Of a stretch of 64,000 nt of DNA, positions 19,242 through 29,615 are shown in pieces. The stretch covers positions 956-64,955 of the forward strand of contig JACAFG010000003.1 of NCBI GenBank assembly GCA_019352195.1, written 5' to 3'. This DNA is from Candidatus Saccharimonadota bacterium (lineage in GTDB: Bacteria; Patescibacteriota; Saccharimonadia; UBA4664). Positions within the stretch are counted from its first letter, which is position 1. Every line of letters starts with the position of its first letter. Both the position numbers and the translations under genes were made by a program. Under the pieces are notes generated by a model that was given only the letters and a program-made list of their open reading frames with translations, was not told where the DNA came from and did no database searches.

Positions 19242-20129
19242 CTACAACTCCACCGTAAGGCGGTCGAGCACGACGCGGCTGACCACTCCCGCCGCCAGGA
19301 GACGCCGGGCGGAGACAAGGGCGGCGATTTGACGGCGGACTTCGGCCGCGGCCTGACCGTCAACTAACGAAGCTACCACGCGACGTTGGAGCAAGCTCAG
19401 CAAATCAGTCATCGGCTGTTTGTTATCGGCTAGCCTCCGCGCGGCGATGAGGCGCGTAAAGCGATTGGGGTGCAGCAACTGACTCGCCGCATGGTCGAGC
19501 TCGGTACGCGCTGTGGCGGCCTCCGGCAGGTCGGACAGCCGTACTGCCTCCCCTACCAGTCCGTCGGACAACTCGGCGAGCGCGGCGGCGTCGACAGGCC
19601 GCACATTAGAGCGTTGCTGCAAGAAATCGGCAATGTCCGCGCTGGCTACAGGGGCAAAATATACGGTCGCAAGGCGTGAACGAACCGTTGGTAGTAACGA
19701 TTCGAGCGCTGAAGTGACCAAGATAAATTGGGTACGGGAGGGTGGCTCTTCGAGATTTTTGAGAAGCGCGTTTTGGGCCTCGGTCGTTAGCATTTCGGCT
19801 TGATCAATAAGCACGAGCCGCGTCCCGTCGGCCCGGTATGGCGACAGCGCCAACGTCGTGAACAGGCGCCGGATTTGTTCAATCGTCACGCTGGGTTTGT
19901 CTTCGGGCGCAACAATGATGAGATCAGGATAGTTAGCCGATTCGATTTGGCGGCAGACGCTACAATTGTCGCCGCCATCACCGTCGCACGCCAGGCGCTC
20001 GGCGAGCCACATGGCAGTAGTCATTTTTCCACTCGAACGGGGGCCGTGAAAGATATAGCTTGAGTTTATGGCCACGCTGAGTTTGTCGACCTGGGCCAAG
20101 GTACGTGAGTGTAATAGAGGAACAGTCAT
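19242..20129 (-). CDS. holB: DNA polymerase III subunit delta-prime
   Basis: AAA+ P-loop GPRSSGKMT, a zinc module CDGDGGDNCSVCRQI, and sensor LVLIDQAEMLT. Confidence 0.75.
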   Translation of the reverse strand: MTVPLLHSRTLAQVDKLSVAINSSYIFHGPRSSGKMTTAMWLAERLACDGDGGDNCSVCRQIESANYPDLIIVAPEDKPSVTIEQIRRLFTTLALSPYRADGTRLVLIDQAEMLTTEAQNALLKNLEEPPSRTQFILVTSALESLLPTVRSRLATVYFAPVASADIADFLQQRSNVRPVDAAALAELSDGLVGEAVRLSDLPEAATARTELDHAASQLLHPNRFTRLIAARRLADNKQPMTDLLSLLQRRVVASLVDGQAAAEVRRQIAALVSARRLLAAGVVSRVVLDRLTVEL

Positions 20130-20131
20130 AG

Positions 20132-21028
20132 CTACGCGCTTGCCTCCAGCTGCCTCAAGACCGCTTCGAGCTGCGTCGGTAAGGGCGAGGCGAGCTCTAG
20201 TGGCTTGCCAGATGGCGCTACTAGCTTTAGGCCAGCAGCATGCAAAAAGTGACGCGTCAGCCCCAGTGGACGCTTGGGCGCGCCATAGGTGATGTCACCG
20301 GCGATGGGGTGGCCAATGGCGGCGAAGTGGACGCGCAGCTGGTGCGTGCGCCCCGTTTCAGGATAGGCTTCAACATAGGTATAGCCAGGGTATACGGCCA
20401 AGGTTTTATACCGCGTGGTGGCGGGACGGCCGGCAGCGTGAACCGCACGTCGGGTCGGGATCGCTGGATTACGGTCCAACGGCAAATCGATGATAGCTGC
20501 ATCTTCTTCGACGCGTCCGATAACAAGCAAACGGTAGGTCTTATGAACCTCACGCTGCTGCCAGCGATGCTGCAGGTCGGCTTTGGCTGCCGCGGTTTTG
20601 GCGATAACCAGCAGTCCAGACGTCTCTTTATCGAGGCGGTGCACAATGCCAGGGCGATCGGGGTCGAGATCGGTGGTGTGCAGTTTTGCAAACTCTGCCA
20701 CGGTGCCGGCCGTGCTCTGGGCGTTTCCTCCATGGACGGCGATTCCTGCTGGCTTATCTACCACTATCATGTCGGCATCGTCATAGACGATAGGCAGCGA
20801 TAAGGATTGTGGCGGCGAGGTGACATCCGGAAGGACTGGTTCGGCGACGCTAATAGTTTCCCCTTCTAATACTGGTTGGCTAGCTTTGGCCGGACGACCG
20901 TCAACCACAATCCGGCCAGATTTTATGGCTGTGGTGACTGCGTTACGCGACCATCCCAGCTCGGCGGCCAAATACACATCGAGCCGCCCTGAGGCGACTC
21001 CGGCGGCAACGTCAAAATCGCGAGTCAT
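20132..21028 (-). CDS. rluD: RluA-family 23S rRNA pseudouridine synthase (RluD-like, with N-terminal S4 domain)
   Basis: S4 domain (RLDVYLA...) and the catalytic motif HRLDKETSGLLVIAKT. Confidence 0.75.
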   Translation of the reverse strand: MTRDFDVAAGVASGRLDVYLAAELGWSRNAVTTAIKSGRIVVDGRPAKASQPVLEGETISVAEPVLPDVTSPPQSLSLPIVYDDADMIVVDKPAGIAVHGGNAQSTAGTVAEFAKLHTTDLDPDRPGIVHRLDKETSGLLVIAKTAAAKADLQHRWQQREVHKTYRLLVIGRVEEDAAIIDLPLDRNPAIPTRRAVHAAGRPATTRYKTLAVYPGYTYVEAYPETGRTHQLRVHFAAIGHPIAGDITYGAPKRPLGLTRHFLHAAGLKLVAPSGKPLELASPLPTQLEAVLRQLEASA

Positions 21029-22020
21029 CGAATAAGCTCCGATGCAGCCGTAAGATCGTGCTTTGAACCTAAAATAATCAGGCGGTCACCTGGGTAGATT
21101 CGTTCTTGGCCAGTGGGACGCACACGGCTCGTACCATCGGCACCGTTAATGGCAATAACCGTAGCGCCAACCTGTCCTTCAGCGAGCGACTTGCCAAGCG
21201 AGTGGCCAGCCAGTTTTGAGTTCTCACCCACTACCATTTCTTCAACTTCGAGATCGTTGGTACCGTTGGGGCTGGAAACCACGTCCATATAATCTACGAC
21301 GTTGGGGCGCAGGGCCATTGAAGCCATGTGGTAGCCGCCAATTTGATACGGCATAGCGACACGGTTGGCGCCAGCACGCTTAAGTTTCACTTCATTTTCG
21401 CTGCGGTTAGCCCGTGCCACGATGTAGAGATTGGGATTGAGCGAGCGGGCAGCTAGCGTGACGAGCAAGTTGGCCGAATCTTCGCCGAGGCAGGCCACGA
21501 GGCCGATAGCCCGGTCGATGCCGGCTTGATGGAGCGCCGCTTCATCGGTGCTATCGAGCGCGAGCGACAAGTAGCCTTCGCCGGCCACAGCCTCAACTTT
21601 GGCATTGTCACGGTCGAGCGCAACAAAGGCGACGCCCTCGTGCTTCATTTCACGCGCAATTTGAGCGCCCACTCGGCCGAGGCCGCAGACAATATAATGA
21701 CCTGATAATTTTTCGACTTTGGCTTTCACTCTAAGGCGCCGTACGTTACTGCTAAGCCCCATCATATATTCGGCCAGCCACTTGAGCAAATAGGCAATAA
21801 GACCTAGGCTCGAAACAATGAGGATAAGGACAATAATTCGGGAAGGGGTGTCGGTAACACTGCGGTCATCAAAGTGCGTTAACAGCAATATGACGGTGGT
21901 GTAGAGCGCGTTCCCAAAACTTTCATGTTCATAGACCATGAACCCGGTTGTACCGAGCGCCAACAATCCGGCCGCCAGTGCTACCAGCGTCCAGACGGTG
22001 CGTTTTGAGGTCTCTTTCAC
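21025..22020 (-). CDS. potassium channel with cytoplasmic RCK/TrkA-N and TrkA-C domains
   Basis: N-terminal TM helices, then a Rossmann motif YIVCGLGRVGAQIAREM and a TrkA-C-like tail. Confidence 0.7.
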   Translation of the reverse strand: MKETSKRTVWTLVALAAGLLALGTTGFMVYEHESFGNALYTTVILLLTHFDDRSVTDTPSRIIVLILIVSSLGLIAYLLKWLAEYMMGLSSNVRRLRVKAKVEKLSGHYIVCGLGRVGAQIAREMKHEGVAFVALDRDNAKVEAVAGEGYLSLALDSTDEAALHQAGIDRAIGLVACLGEDSANLLVTLAARSLNPNLYIVARANRSENEVKLKRAGANRVAMPYQIGGYHMASMALRPNVVDYMDVVSSPNGTNDLEVEEMVVGENSKLAGHSLGKSLAEGQVGATVIAINGADGTSRVRPTGQERIYPGDRLIILGSKHDLTAASELIR

Positions 22021-22131
22021 TCCTGTATTATATATCGCTTATGGTTTGGGATCGAGGCCTAAAATCGAGATGCCCCGGATTGGCGAACCAATCCGGGGCA
22101 GCTGGACGTGCGAACTGAGCTTGTATTACTC

Positions 22132-25014
22132 TCAGGCGATGACTTCATCGCCTGAGGTTGACGCCAGACTGCGGTCAAGAGCTTCGAGACCGTCCCTCAG
22201 CGTCTCGAGATAGAACGATCGGCCGGGCGCCGTCTTGCGCACGGCAACCGTGTAGGCATTGGCTAGGCGGGCCACCGCACCTTTGCCGTAGAGCTTTTTG
22301 GCCGCACGATACCGCTCGAGCAGGGCTGCGGCGTCGATTGGAGCCACCGACTCAGCAGTTGCTGGTGCTTCAACCGCGTGCAGTTTCGTACGTTTGCCCT
22401 CACTGATGGGCGTAACGGCGGCTAGGCTTGGTGTGATGCTATCCACCGGGGCCGGGTCCAACCGTTTGATACCATCCGGCAAAACCATGATGGACACTGA
22501 TGCCCCTGCCCGATTGCGCTTCCACTCGATGAGGCCAGCTTCGTTGAGCTCGTCCAGAATGAGTTTCAGCCACGCTTTGGGCAGACCGACGTCGGCGGAT
22601 AGGCTGTCCACCCGAGACACCAGCATTTGGTCGTAGATGGTTTGGAGCACGACCAGTTCGCAGGCCCCGGCAATATCGGCAAAAATGCCGCCGATGATAT
22701 CGGGAGTCAGTAGCTGGCCGGACTTGCCAAGTTCGGCGAGATGAGCCGATGCAGCGCGGGACAAGCGAGCCGGGGCCAGCTCGTAGAAGACGTCTCCCGC
22801 CGGTAGCAGTTCGATCGAGATCTGCCGGTTGCCCACCAGAGTCCGGCTGATGTAGCCTATCGCCTGCATCAGGCGAAGGACATCATTGGTAACCGACGAG
22901 TTGCTGCCAAGCTCGATGATCCGGGTCAGGGCTGAGCCATTGAGCTCTTTGCCGCCACGACCGCCGCAGGCCTTGAGGACGGCAATGATGCGGCGCATGC
23001 GCTTGGCATCATCGGTGCCAAGCAGGGCTCCCCCAGGCGTAGCGGACGAAGGCTCGACCGCTGCTTTGGGTTCGGTCTTGGTTTCGACCGGCCGCGCTGG
23101 ACCACACATGGCGGTCAGCAGGGCGCGAGACGGCAGGTTGGCAACAACACCCACCGCGGTGGTGCTGACGAGCCGCAGGGGCGTTGGCCCGGTGCCGTGC
23201 ACTGCTGGCACGGCGACGGCTGCGTCTGCGGTTGGTGAGGAGGCGAGGACCGCGACCTCGGCCGGAGCCGATGCCACTGGCTCCGGAACTGGCCGAGAGG
23301 CATCATCGGTGAGCACCGCTTCGATGGTCTTAAACGTGCTGGCACCATCTTCTTCTTCACCGACCGGTACTGCCGCCACGATCTCGTCGACTGGTTCGCC
23401 GGCGATCAGCTCCTCACTATCGGGCGGGAGTACGGCGCTGAGTTCGATCTCAGCATCGGGCTCCGGCCGAGTTTGCGAATCGTCCGGCGCTTCGGCGGGG
23501 ACTGTGGTCGGGGCCGGCAAAACCGGCGGCGCCACTTCGGGCGCAGCGGCAACTGGTTGCGGACGCTCGACGGCCTTGGTAGCCGGCTGGAAATCGTAGG
23601 CCACGATCGTTGGCACGTTACCAACTGGCTCGATCCGTAGCAGATTGCCCTGCGAAGCAACAAACTTCTGCCACAGATCCTTTTGAGTACCTCCATGACG
23701 TGAATTGCGGCTGCGACGCGTTGATGGCACAAAATGCAGTTGGGTGTAGATGAGCGCAAGGTTGGCGCTATCAAGCACCAAGCCTGCTTTGCCCTCTCGT
23801 ATGGCGGTATCGAACAACCGCTTGAGAGCAGATTGGCGCTGATGATCTATCACTGCCGGCTCCTCTGGTGTGGATTGGCGATGAACGGATGGACGCAGCC
23901 GATCGGCGGCGGGTTGTGCAAGGTGAGGCACGGCCTCTACTGTTGCCGTGGCCGCGTCTTGGGTGGTAGCGGTTTTGACTGCAACGGGCCGTGGTCGGCA
24001 TTCAACCAGCGTCGGGCCGTAATGGAAGCCGGTGATGATCAGGTTGCCGACGCTGTCGGTGCTGCCGATTAAGCGCTCCGCCTCAACTTCGCCGGCGATA
24101 AACCGGTCGAGCTGGGCAGTTGCCGAGTCGGTAGCACTTCGGACGAAGTCGAGCTTACTTGCCAAGCCGGTTTTCGTGGCCAGACCGATTACATAGCCGC
24201 CGGTGACGTCGGCGAAGGCATCGCCGAGAATTTCGGCGAGCAATTGCTGACGCTCGGCCAACGTCGTGGTTGAAACCGGGCCTCGGTAGAACGCTCGCGA
24301 ACTGGGCGGAGGCGTGAAGCTGGGAGCAAAGCTGTAGCTTGCTGGCGGTACGTTGCCCGCCTGAACTTCGCTCCTTGACCCATTGAGGCTGGTCTTGTCG
24401 GCGCCTGCCGGTAGGTCGACCATGACGTGGGCGCTGGGATCGACGCAATCAGTGACGTCGCCCGCAGCAGTCAGCGTGACCCGTCCTGCAGCGGCCTCGG
24501 CGGCTAGCCACTGCGTTAAATCAGTGACTGACGGCGCGAGGAATATTCCGCTGTAAAACCACAACTCGTCGGCCAGATCGGGGTCGGGCGTGAGATGGCT
24601 ATCACCACCAACATGCATATCGACCATCAGGTTGAACAGCTTGCGGCGGCGGTCGAGGTCTGACATGGCAAGCGCCTCACCGGACGGCCTACCGCTCTCG
24701 TTGGTCCGCCTGGCCGAATTGAATATCGGACTCAGCTTTAGTCTTCGCCGTTCGCGCTCGCTCAGACCGCCCCAAATGCCGAAGCGTTCGTCATTCCTAA
24801 GCGCCGCTGATAGGCACGCGGAGCGCACTTCACAGCCAATACAGATCTTTTTGGCGTCTCGGGTTGAACCGCCTTTTTCCGGGAAAAAAGCGTCAGGGTC
24901 GGTTTGAGCACATAAGGCGCGCTCGAGCCAGTTTGCGTCGTCGCCGATGAGGTCGGACTCAGTGTCCAAGTCGGGCAAAGAATCATCGACGCTGACATCA
25001 TTTGAAGTTGTCAT
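22132..25014 (-). CDS. WhiB-like (Wbl) [4Fe-4S] domain fused to an 860-aa low-complexity Ala/Pro-rich extension
   Basis: Residues about 25-95 read WLERALCAQTDPDAFFPEKGGSTRDAKKICIGCEVRSACLSAALRNDERFGIWGGLSERERRRL. This has the four conserved Cys and the G(I/V)WGG turn of WhiB. One continuous 960-aa ORF at about 62% GC. The opposite-strand ORFs are fragmented. Confidence 0.7.
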   Translation of the reverse strand: MTTSNDVSVDDSLPDLDTESDLIGDDANWLERALCAQTDPDAFFPEKGGSTRDAKKICIGCEVRSACLSAALRNDERFGIWGGLSERERRRLKLSPIFNSARRTNESGRPSGEALAMSDLDRRRKLFNLMVDMHVGGDSHLTPDPDLADELWFYSGIFLAPSVTDLTQWLAAEAAAGRVTLTAAGDVTDCVDPSAHVMVDLPAGADKTSLNGSRSEVQAGNVPPASYSFAPSFTPPPSSRAFYRGPVSTTTLAERQQLLAEILGDAFADVTGGYVIGLATKTGLASKLDFVRSATDSATAQLDRFIAGEVEAERLIGSTDSVGNLIITGFHYGPTLVECRPRPVAVKTATTQDAATATVEAVPHLAQPAADRLRPSVHRQSTPEEPAVIDHQRQSALKRLFDTAIREGKAGLVLDSANLALIYTQLHFVPSTRRSRNSRHGGTQKDLWQKFVASQGNLLRIEPVGNVPTIVAYDFQPATKAVERPQPVAAAPEVAPPVLPAPTTVPAEAPDDSQTRPEPDAEIELSAVLPPDSEELIAGEPVDEIVAAVPVGEEEDGASTFKTIEAVLTDDASRPVPEPVASAPAEVAVLASSPTADAAVAVPAVHGTGPTPLRLVSTTAVGVVANLPSRALLTAMCGPARPVETKTEPKAAVEPSSATPGGALLGTDDAKRMRRIIAVLKACGGRGGKELNGSALTRIIELGSNSSVTNDVLRLMQAIGYISRTLVGNRQISIELLPAGDVFYELAPARLSRAASAHLAELGKSGQLLTPDIIGGIFADIAGACELVVLQTIYDQMLVSRVDSLSADVGLPKAWLKLILDELNEAGLIEWKRNRAGASVSIMVLPDGIKRLDPAPVDSITPSLAAVTPISEGKRTKLHAVEAPATAESVAPIDAAALLERYRAAKKLYGKGAVARLANAYTVAVRKTAPGRSFYLETLRDGLEALDRSLASTSGDEVIA

Positions 25015-25303
25015 ATCGTTGTCCTCCTTGTCTAGGTACGTCCACCCACATGCGACTGCAACGTGGTTATACTAGTTTTACTCGCATCTATCGGTGCCGA
25101 CAAGGCAATATTGTTTAACTATCTAAAAAACCACCCGGTCGGTGGCTTTTTGCTTGGATTCTTAACTAGTTGCTTGGCTGTTCCTAACGTTGATCAGTTA
25201 GGAGTGCTAGGGCACACCAAAGCCCGCAAACGAGAGGTACTTATACGCACATCGAGGGCGGGCTGGAAGTGTTGGCAACGCTAGGCGCTGCGAGCAGTTA
25301 GGA

Positions 25304-25705
25304 CTAACGCTTGGAGAACTGAGGAGCCTTGCGCGCCTTCTTCAAACCAGGCTTCATACGCTCTTTCTCACGCGGATCGCGGGTCAGGAGACCGGCTTTC
25401 TTAAGCGTGGAGCGGAAGTCGTCACTCATAACGTTGAGGGCGCGGGCAATCGCCAGCGAGGCAGCATCGGCTTGGCCGCGCTTACCGCCGCCTGAAACGT
25501 GCAGGCTGACCATCAATTTTTGGTCCTGACCAGCGAGCTTAATGGGACGGTCGAGCAAAGCAATCAGCGAAGCATTGTTGAAATAATCGTTTGCCGGCAT
25601 CTCGTTAACGAGCACCTCACCCTTACCAGGGTACAAACGAACCGTCGCAATAGCCTCCTTGCGGCGACCACGTGCGTAATGATAGTGTGGTGTAGTTTCA
25701 GCCAT
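25304..25705 (-). CDS. rpsI: 30S ribosomal protein S9
   Basis: C-terminal ...KKARKAPQFSKR with GGGKRGQADA. Confidence 0.9.
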   Translation of the reverse strand: MAETTPHYHYARGRRKEAIATVRLYPGKGEVLVNEMPANDYFNNASLIALLDRPIKLAGQDQKLMVSLHVSGGGKRGQADAASLAIARALNVMSDDFRSTLKKAGLLTRDPREKERMKPGLKKARKAPQFSKR

Positions 25706-26142
25706 TATTTGTCTCCTAGAACTTTAGGCGCTTGGCCCGCGTGCGGGTGCTCAGCGTTGGGATAAATCTTGAGGCGCGCCATGCGATCATCTTGCAAACG
25801 GTTCTTAGGCAGCATGCCTTTTACAGCCGATTCGAGCACACGTGTTGGGTGCTTTTCCAACTGTTCGCCAACCGTTACGGTCGACAAACCACCTGGGTAA
25901 CCAGAGTGACGGTGATATTCTTTGTCGACGAGCTTACTACCGGTTACAACGATTTTAGCCGCATTGATAACTACGACATTATCGCCGCCATCGACGTGGG
26001 GGCTAAAGCTCGGCTTGCCTTTGCCCATAACGAGCTTGGCAATATCGGTAGCGAGGCGACCGAGCGTCTTACCTTCGGCATCGATGAGGTACCACTCATG
26101 CGTGACATCACCGGCTTTGGGAGAAAAAGTTTTTAACATCAT
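25705..26142 (-). CDS. rplM: 50S ribosomal protein L13
   Basis: KTFSPKAGDVTHEWYLIDAEGKTLGRLAT... Confidence 0.9.
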   Translation of the reverse strand: MMLKTFSPKAGDVTHEWYLIDAEGKTLGRLATDIAKLVMGKGKPSFSPHVDGGDNVVVINAAKIVVTGSKLVDKEYHRHSGYPGGLSTVTVGEQLEKHPTRVLESAVKGMLPKNRLQDDRMARLKIYPNAEHPHAGQAPKVLGDK

Positions 26143-26606
26143 TACTTGGCCTCGGCTTTCGCAGCGGTTTTGGTGGTTTTGGTCGCTGGTTTAGCAGTCT
26201 TTACCGCTGGCTTAGATTCGGCAACTGGCGCCGAAACAATCTTGACGTCGTCGAGGACAAGGGACAAACGAGCCATGGGCGCGTTATCGCCGCGCCGGTT
26301 GCCAAGCTTAATAATACGGGTGTAACCGCCCTGGCGCTCGGCGAATGCCGGAGCGAGCTCAGCGATCATTTTTTGGGTCGCGTTCTCCGTGAGCAGCTCA
26401 CGGCGCAGAGCACGGCCGCCAGCCAGCGTACCACGCTTAGCGTAGGTCACGAGGCGCTCAAAACGAGGCGCAACTTCCTTGGCCTTAGCTTCGGTGGTAG
26501 TGATGGCTTCGTGCAGCACGAGCGAAGTAAGCTGACCGCGAATCAGCGCTCGACGCGGACCTGCCGCGAGTTGGAGCTTGCGCCCCTGGTAACCGTGGCG
26601 ATGCAT
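26142..26606 (-). CDS. rplQ: 50S ribosomal protein L17
   Basis: MHRHGYQGRKLQLAAGPRRALIRGQLTSLVLHEAITTT..., with a Lys/Ala-rich tail. Confidence 0.9.
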   Translation of the reverse strand: MHRHGYQGRKLQLAAGPRRALIRGQLTSLVLHEAITTTEAKAKEVAPRFERLVTYAKRGTLAGGRALRRELLTENATQKMIAELAPAFAERQGGYTRIIKLGNRRGDNAPMARLSLVLDDVKIVSAPVAESKPAVKTAKPATKTTKTAAKAEAK

Positions 26607-26607
26607 T

Positions 26608-27582
26608 TTAGTTTACCTTCTCCGCGCCCGAGTTTAACTCTGTCAGGCGCTCTTTGACCTCGTCATAAGCCTTAGAGCCGAAGCCCTTGAGCTCGTGCAG
26701 CTCCTGATCACTCAGGCGAAGCAGATCGCGAACGGTCTTAATGTCATTATTAATGAGGGCGTTCGTGGTACGAGGTGACAAGCTGATCTCTTCGATGCTG
26801 AGCTTGGCGTTGCCTGGATCGGCGATATCAGCGTCAACAACGCTGGCACCGGTTACACCAAGGGGCTGACCAGAAACGACCTGGAAGTGCTCAACCAAGA
26901 TCTCGGCTGCCTGGCGAACGGCGTCGTGCGGCGTAACCGTGCCATCGGTCTCAACTTCGAGCACCAAACGATCGAGGTCGGTTACCTGACCCACGCGCGT
27001 GTTCTCGACACTGTAGCGAACACGCTGGACCGGAGAGTAGAGGGCGTCGACGGCAATCATGCCAACTTCGAGCTTCTCACCTTCGCGGTGCTCAACCGGA
27101 ACATATCCGCGGCCTTTTTCGACCTTAATTTCCATGCCAAGCTTGATTTTGGCGGTGTCGAGCGTCGCGATGACCTGCTCAGGATTGACGATTTCAACAT
27201 CTGAGGTGGTCTTAATGTCGCCAGCCGTGACAGCACCTTTGCCCGTGGCGTTGAGCATGAGGAACTGGGGCTCATCAGAAAAGACGCGGAAGCGAATCTT
27301 CTTGAGGTTAAGGATGATCTCAACAACGTCTTCTTTTACGCCATCGATGGTTGAAAATTCGTGAGCAACTGAGTCGATCTTAACGGCGGTAACAGCTGCA
27401 CCAGCGAGGCTGGAAAGAATAACGCGGCGAAGTGAGTTGCCAAGGGTCATACCATAGCCAGAGTATAATGGCTCGATCGCGAAGGTAGCTTTGTTGCCGT
27501 CCTCGTGGGTGGTCTTAAGCTCGGGGAGCTGAATCGGGTGTAACACGGGGTATGTCCTTTCCTTACCTTGAGTAAAATTCAA
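26608..27582 (-). CDS. rpoA: DNA-directed RNA polymerase subunit alpha
   Basis: FAIEPLYSGYGMTLGNSLRRVILSS... and the C-terminal alpha-CTD. The start is uncertain. The ATG at 27582 overlaps rpsD by 20 nt, and a TTG at about 27543 is possible. Confidence 0.85.
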   Translation of the reverse strand: MNFTQGKERTYPVLHPIQLPELKTTHEDGNKATFAIEPLYSGYGMTLGNSLRRVILSSLAGAAVTAVKIDSVAHEFSTIDGVKEDVVEIILNLKKIRFRVFSDEPQFLMLNATGKGAVTAGDIKTTSDVEIVNPEQVIATLDTAKIKLGMEIKVEKGRGYVPVEHREGEKLEVGMIAVDALYSPVQRVRYSVENTRVGQVTDLDRLVLEVETDGTVTPHDAVRQAAEILVEHFQVVSGQPLGVTGASVVDADIADPGNAKLSIEEISLSPRTTNALINNDIKTVRDLLRLSDQELHELKGFGSKAYDEVKERLTELNSGAEKVN

Positions 27583-28180
27583 TAATTAACTGCTCGTTGA
27601 TGTCCTCGGTAACATCCTCACGGGCGGGCAAGCCAGTTACCTTGGCGGATAATTTGGCCGGGGTCAGGCTCAGCCAACGAACCGAGTTGGTGTTGCCCTT
27701 AATTTCTTCAGCAATTTGCTTGAAGTATTCGTTGCCCGCGCTCTTGGGGCGCACGATGATTTCATCGCCTGGCTTAAGAATGATCGACGGGATGTCGACA
27801 CGGCGGCCATTGAGCATAATGTGGCCGTGGGTAACTACCTGGCGAGCAGCCTGGCGTGAGGGCGCCAAACCGAGACGATAGACGGCATTGTCCATCCGCT
27901 GTTCGAGCAACTGGATGAGAATATCACCGGTAACGCCCTGGCGTCGCTCGGCTTCACCTACGACACGTGCAAACTGCTTTTCCAGCAGTCCATACATGCG
28001 TTTTACTTTCTGCTTTTCGCGCAGTTGAACCGCATACTGGCTGAGCTTGGCGCGACCGCCGGTTGGGCCGTGGTCACCAGGCGTATAAGGCCGCTTGGCC
28101 ATAATCTTGATGGCTTTGGGGTGAAGCGCAACTTTCTCACGACGAGACAGCTTGGCAATAGAGGTAAGGTTACGTGCCAT
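27563..28180 (-). CDS. rpsD: 30S ribosomal protein S4
   Basis: MARNLTSIAKLSRREKVALHPKAIK... The track ORF extends to 28327, but the true start is the internal ATG 2 nt after the rpsK stop. Confidence 0.9.
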   Translation of the reverse strand: MARNLTSIAKLSRREKVALHPKAIKIMAKRPYTPGDHGPTGGRAKLSQYAVQLREKQKVKRMYGLLEKQFARVVGEAERRQGVTGDILIQLLEQRMDNAVYRLGLAPSRQAARQVVTHGHIMLNGRRVDIPSIILKPGDEIIVRPKSAGNEYFKQIAEEIKGNTNSVRWLSLTPAKLSAKVTGLPAREDVTEDINEQLIIEFYSR

Positions 28181-28181
28181 T

Positions 28182-28586
28182 TTAGACGCGCCTCGCTTTC
28201 CGGGCACGGCAGCCATTGTGCGGAATGCCGGTAACGTCCTTGATACTGGCAACATTGATGCCAGCCGAGATGAGCGCGCGGATTGCCGACTCACGGCCAG
28301 AACCAACGCCGCGCACAAAAACATCAACCTTGGTTAAGCCAAAGTCCTTGGCTGCGGTAGCAGCGCGCTCGGCGGCTGTCTGAGCAGCGTACGGAGTTGA
28401 CTTACGTGAACCCTTAAAACCAGCCGAACCGGCACTCGACCAGCTCAGCAAGTTGCCGCGCTCGTCGGTGAACGAAACGATGGTGTTATTGAACGTTGCT
28501 TGAACGTGCATTTGACCAGCCGATACCGACCGCTTGATCTTGCGGCGGCGAGCGGTGGTTGATTTGGAAGCGGTCTTGGTTGCCAT
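28182..28586 (-). CDS. rpsK: 30S ribosomal protein S11
   Basis: ...[42 protein letters not shown]... Confidence 0.9.
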   Translation of the reverse strand: MATKTASKSTTARRRKIKRSVSAGQMHVQATFNNTIVSFTDERGNLLSWSSAGSAGFKGSRKSTPYAAQTAAERAATAAKDFGLTKVDVFVRGVGSGRESAIRALISAGINVASIKDVTGIPHNGCRARKARRV

Positions 28587-28628
28587 TTGTTCTGCCTTTA
28601 GTGGTAAATCGGATAAAGAATGGAGAGC

Positions 28629-29015
28629 TTAAGTCTTAGCGGCCGACTTCTTACGACCCGAGCCCATAGTAATCTTGCGGCCACGCTTGGTGCGAGCGTT
28701 GGTCTTGGTGCGCTGACCATGAACGGGGAGATTGGCCTTGTGGCGCAATCCACGGTAAGAATTAATTTCCTTTAGACGGTTGATGTTGAGGCTTACCTGA
28801 CGTTGCAAGTCGCCTTCAACTTCGATGTTCTTGTCGATAAACTCACGGAGCTTAACGACATCACCTTCAGTAAGATCCTTCACGCGTGTGTCGGGACTTA
28901 CTTTGGTAGCCTCAAGGATACGGCGGCTAATAGCCGGTCCGATTCCGTAAATGTAAGTGAGGGCAACCTCAACGCGTTTCGCGTCGGGGATATTTACGCC
29001 AGCGATACGTGCCAT
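28629..29015 (-). CDS. rpsM: 30S ribosomal protein S13
   Basis: [26 protein letters not shown]... Confidence 0.9.
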   Translation of the reverse strand: MARIAGVNIPDAKRVEVALTYIYGIGPAISRRILEATKVSPDTRVKDLTEGDVVKLREFIDKNIEVEGDLQRQVSLNINRLKEINSYRGLRHKANLPVHGQRTKTNARTKRGRKITMGSGRKKSAAKT

Positions 29016-29131
29016 TAACCCTGCCTCTGCTTGTGGCGAGGTTTAGCCGCACAAATTACGCGCACAACACCTTCGCGTCGAACGACCTTGCACTGCTCAC
29101 ACATCTTTTTGACGCTAGCGCGTACTTTCAC
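29015..29131 (-). CDS. rpmJ: 50S ribosomal protein L36
   Basis: My own translation from a GTG start gives (M)[37 protein letters not shown]. The TAA stop overlaps the rpsM ATG by 1 nt. Below the ORF-track cutoff. Confidence 0.8.
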   Translation of the reverse strand: MKVRASVKKMCEQCKVVRREGVVRVICAAKPRHKQRQG

Positions 29132-29151
29132 GGCAATTACCTCTTACGGAC

Positions 29152-29415
29152 TTAATTCTTGTGTCGATACGTGATACGGCCTTTTGACAGGTCGTATGGT
29201 GTCATCTCTAATGAAACGCGGTCGCCAGGAATGATCTTGATGTAGTGCATCCTCATCTTTCCTGAAATGTGACCTAAAATAACATGTCCGTTCTCGAGTT
29301 CCACCTTAAAGAGAGCGTTAGGCAGAGTCTCGAGGACGGTGCCCTCTAGCTCAATTACTTCCTTTGTGGAGCGATTCTCGGTTGGTTCCGAATGTGTTTT
29401 CTTGGCGTTTGACAT
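29152..29415 (-). CDS. infA: translation initiation factor IF-1 (N-terminally extended ORF)
   Basis: ...[66 protein letters not shown]. Confidence 0.85.
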   Translation of the reverse strand: MSNAKKTHSEPTENRSTKEVIELEGTVLETLPNALFKVELENGHVILGHISGKMRMHYIKIIPGDRVSLEMTPYDLSKGRITYRHKN

Positions 29416-29615
29416 ATCGAGTGACTACAGTTGTTTAGTATACGCACTTGGTTTTGGGTTGTAAAGGCTTTTATATCTGGTTTTGTTGATATAAATGCCA
29501 TTGTAAGGTAATTTGGGTCCAAATTTTCGGAAAATGAGCCTACCTACGCACAAAAAGCGTTCGGTTTTTGGTAGTTTTTAGCGGTTTTGAAATGGGGCGG
29601 CGACACGGACCAAAC

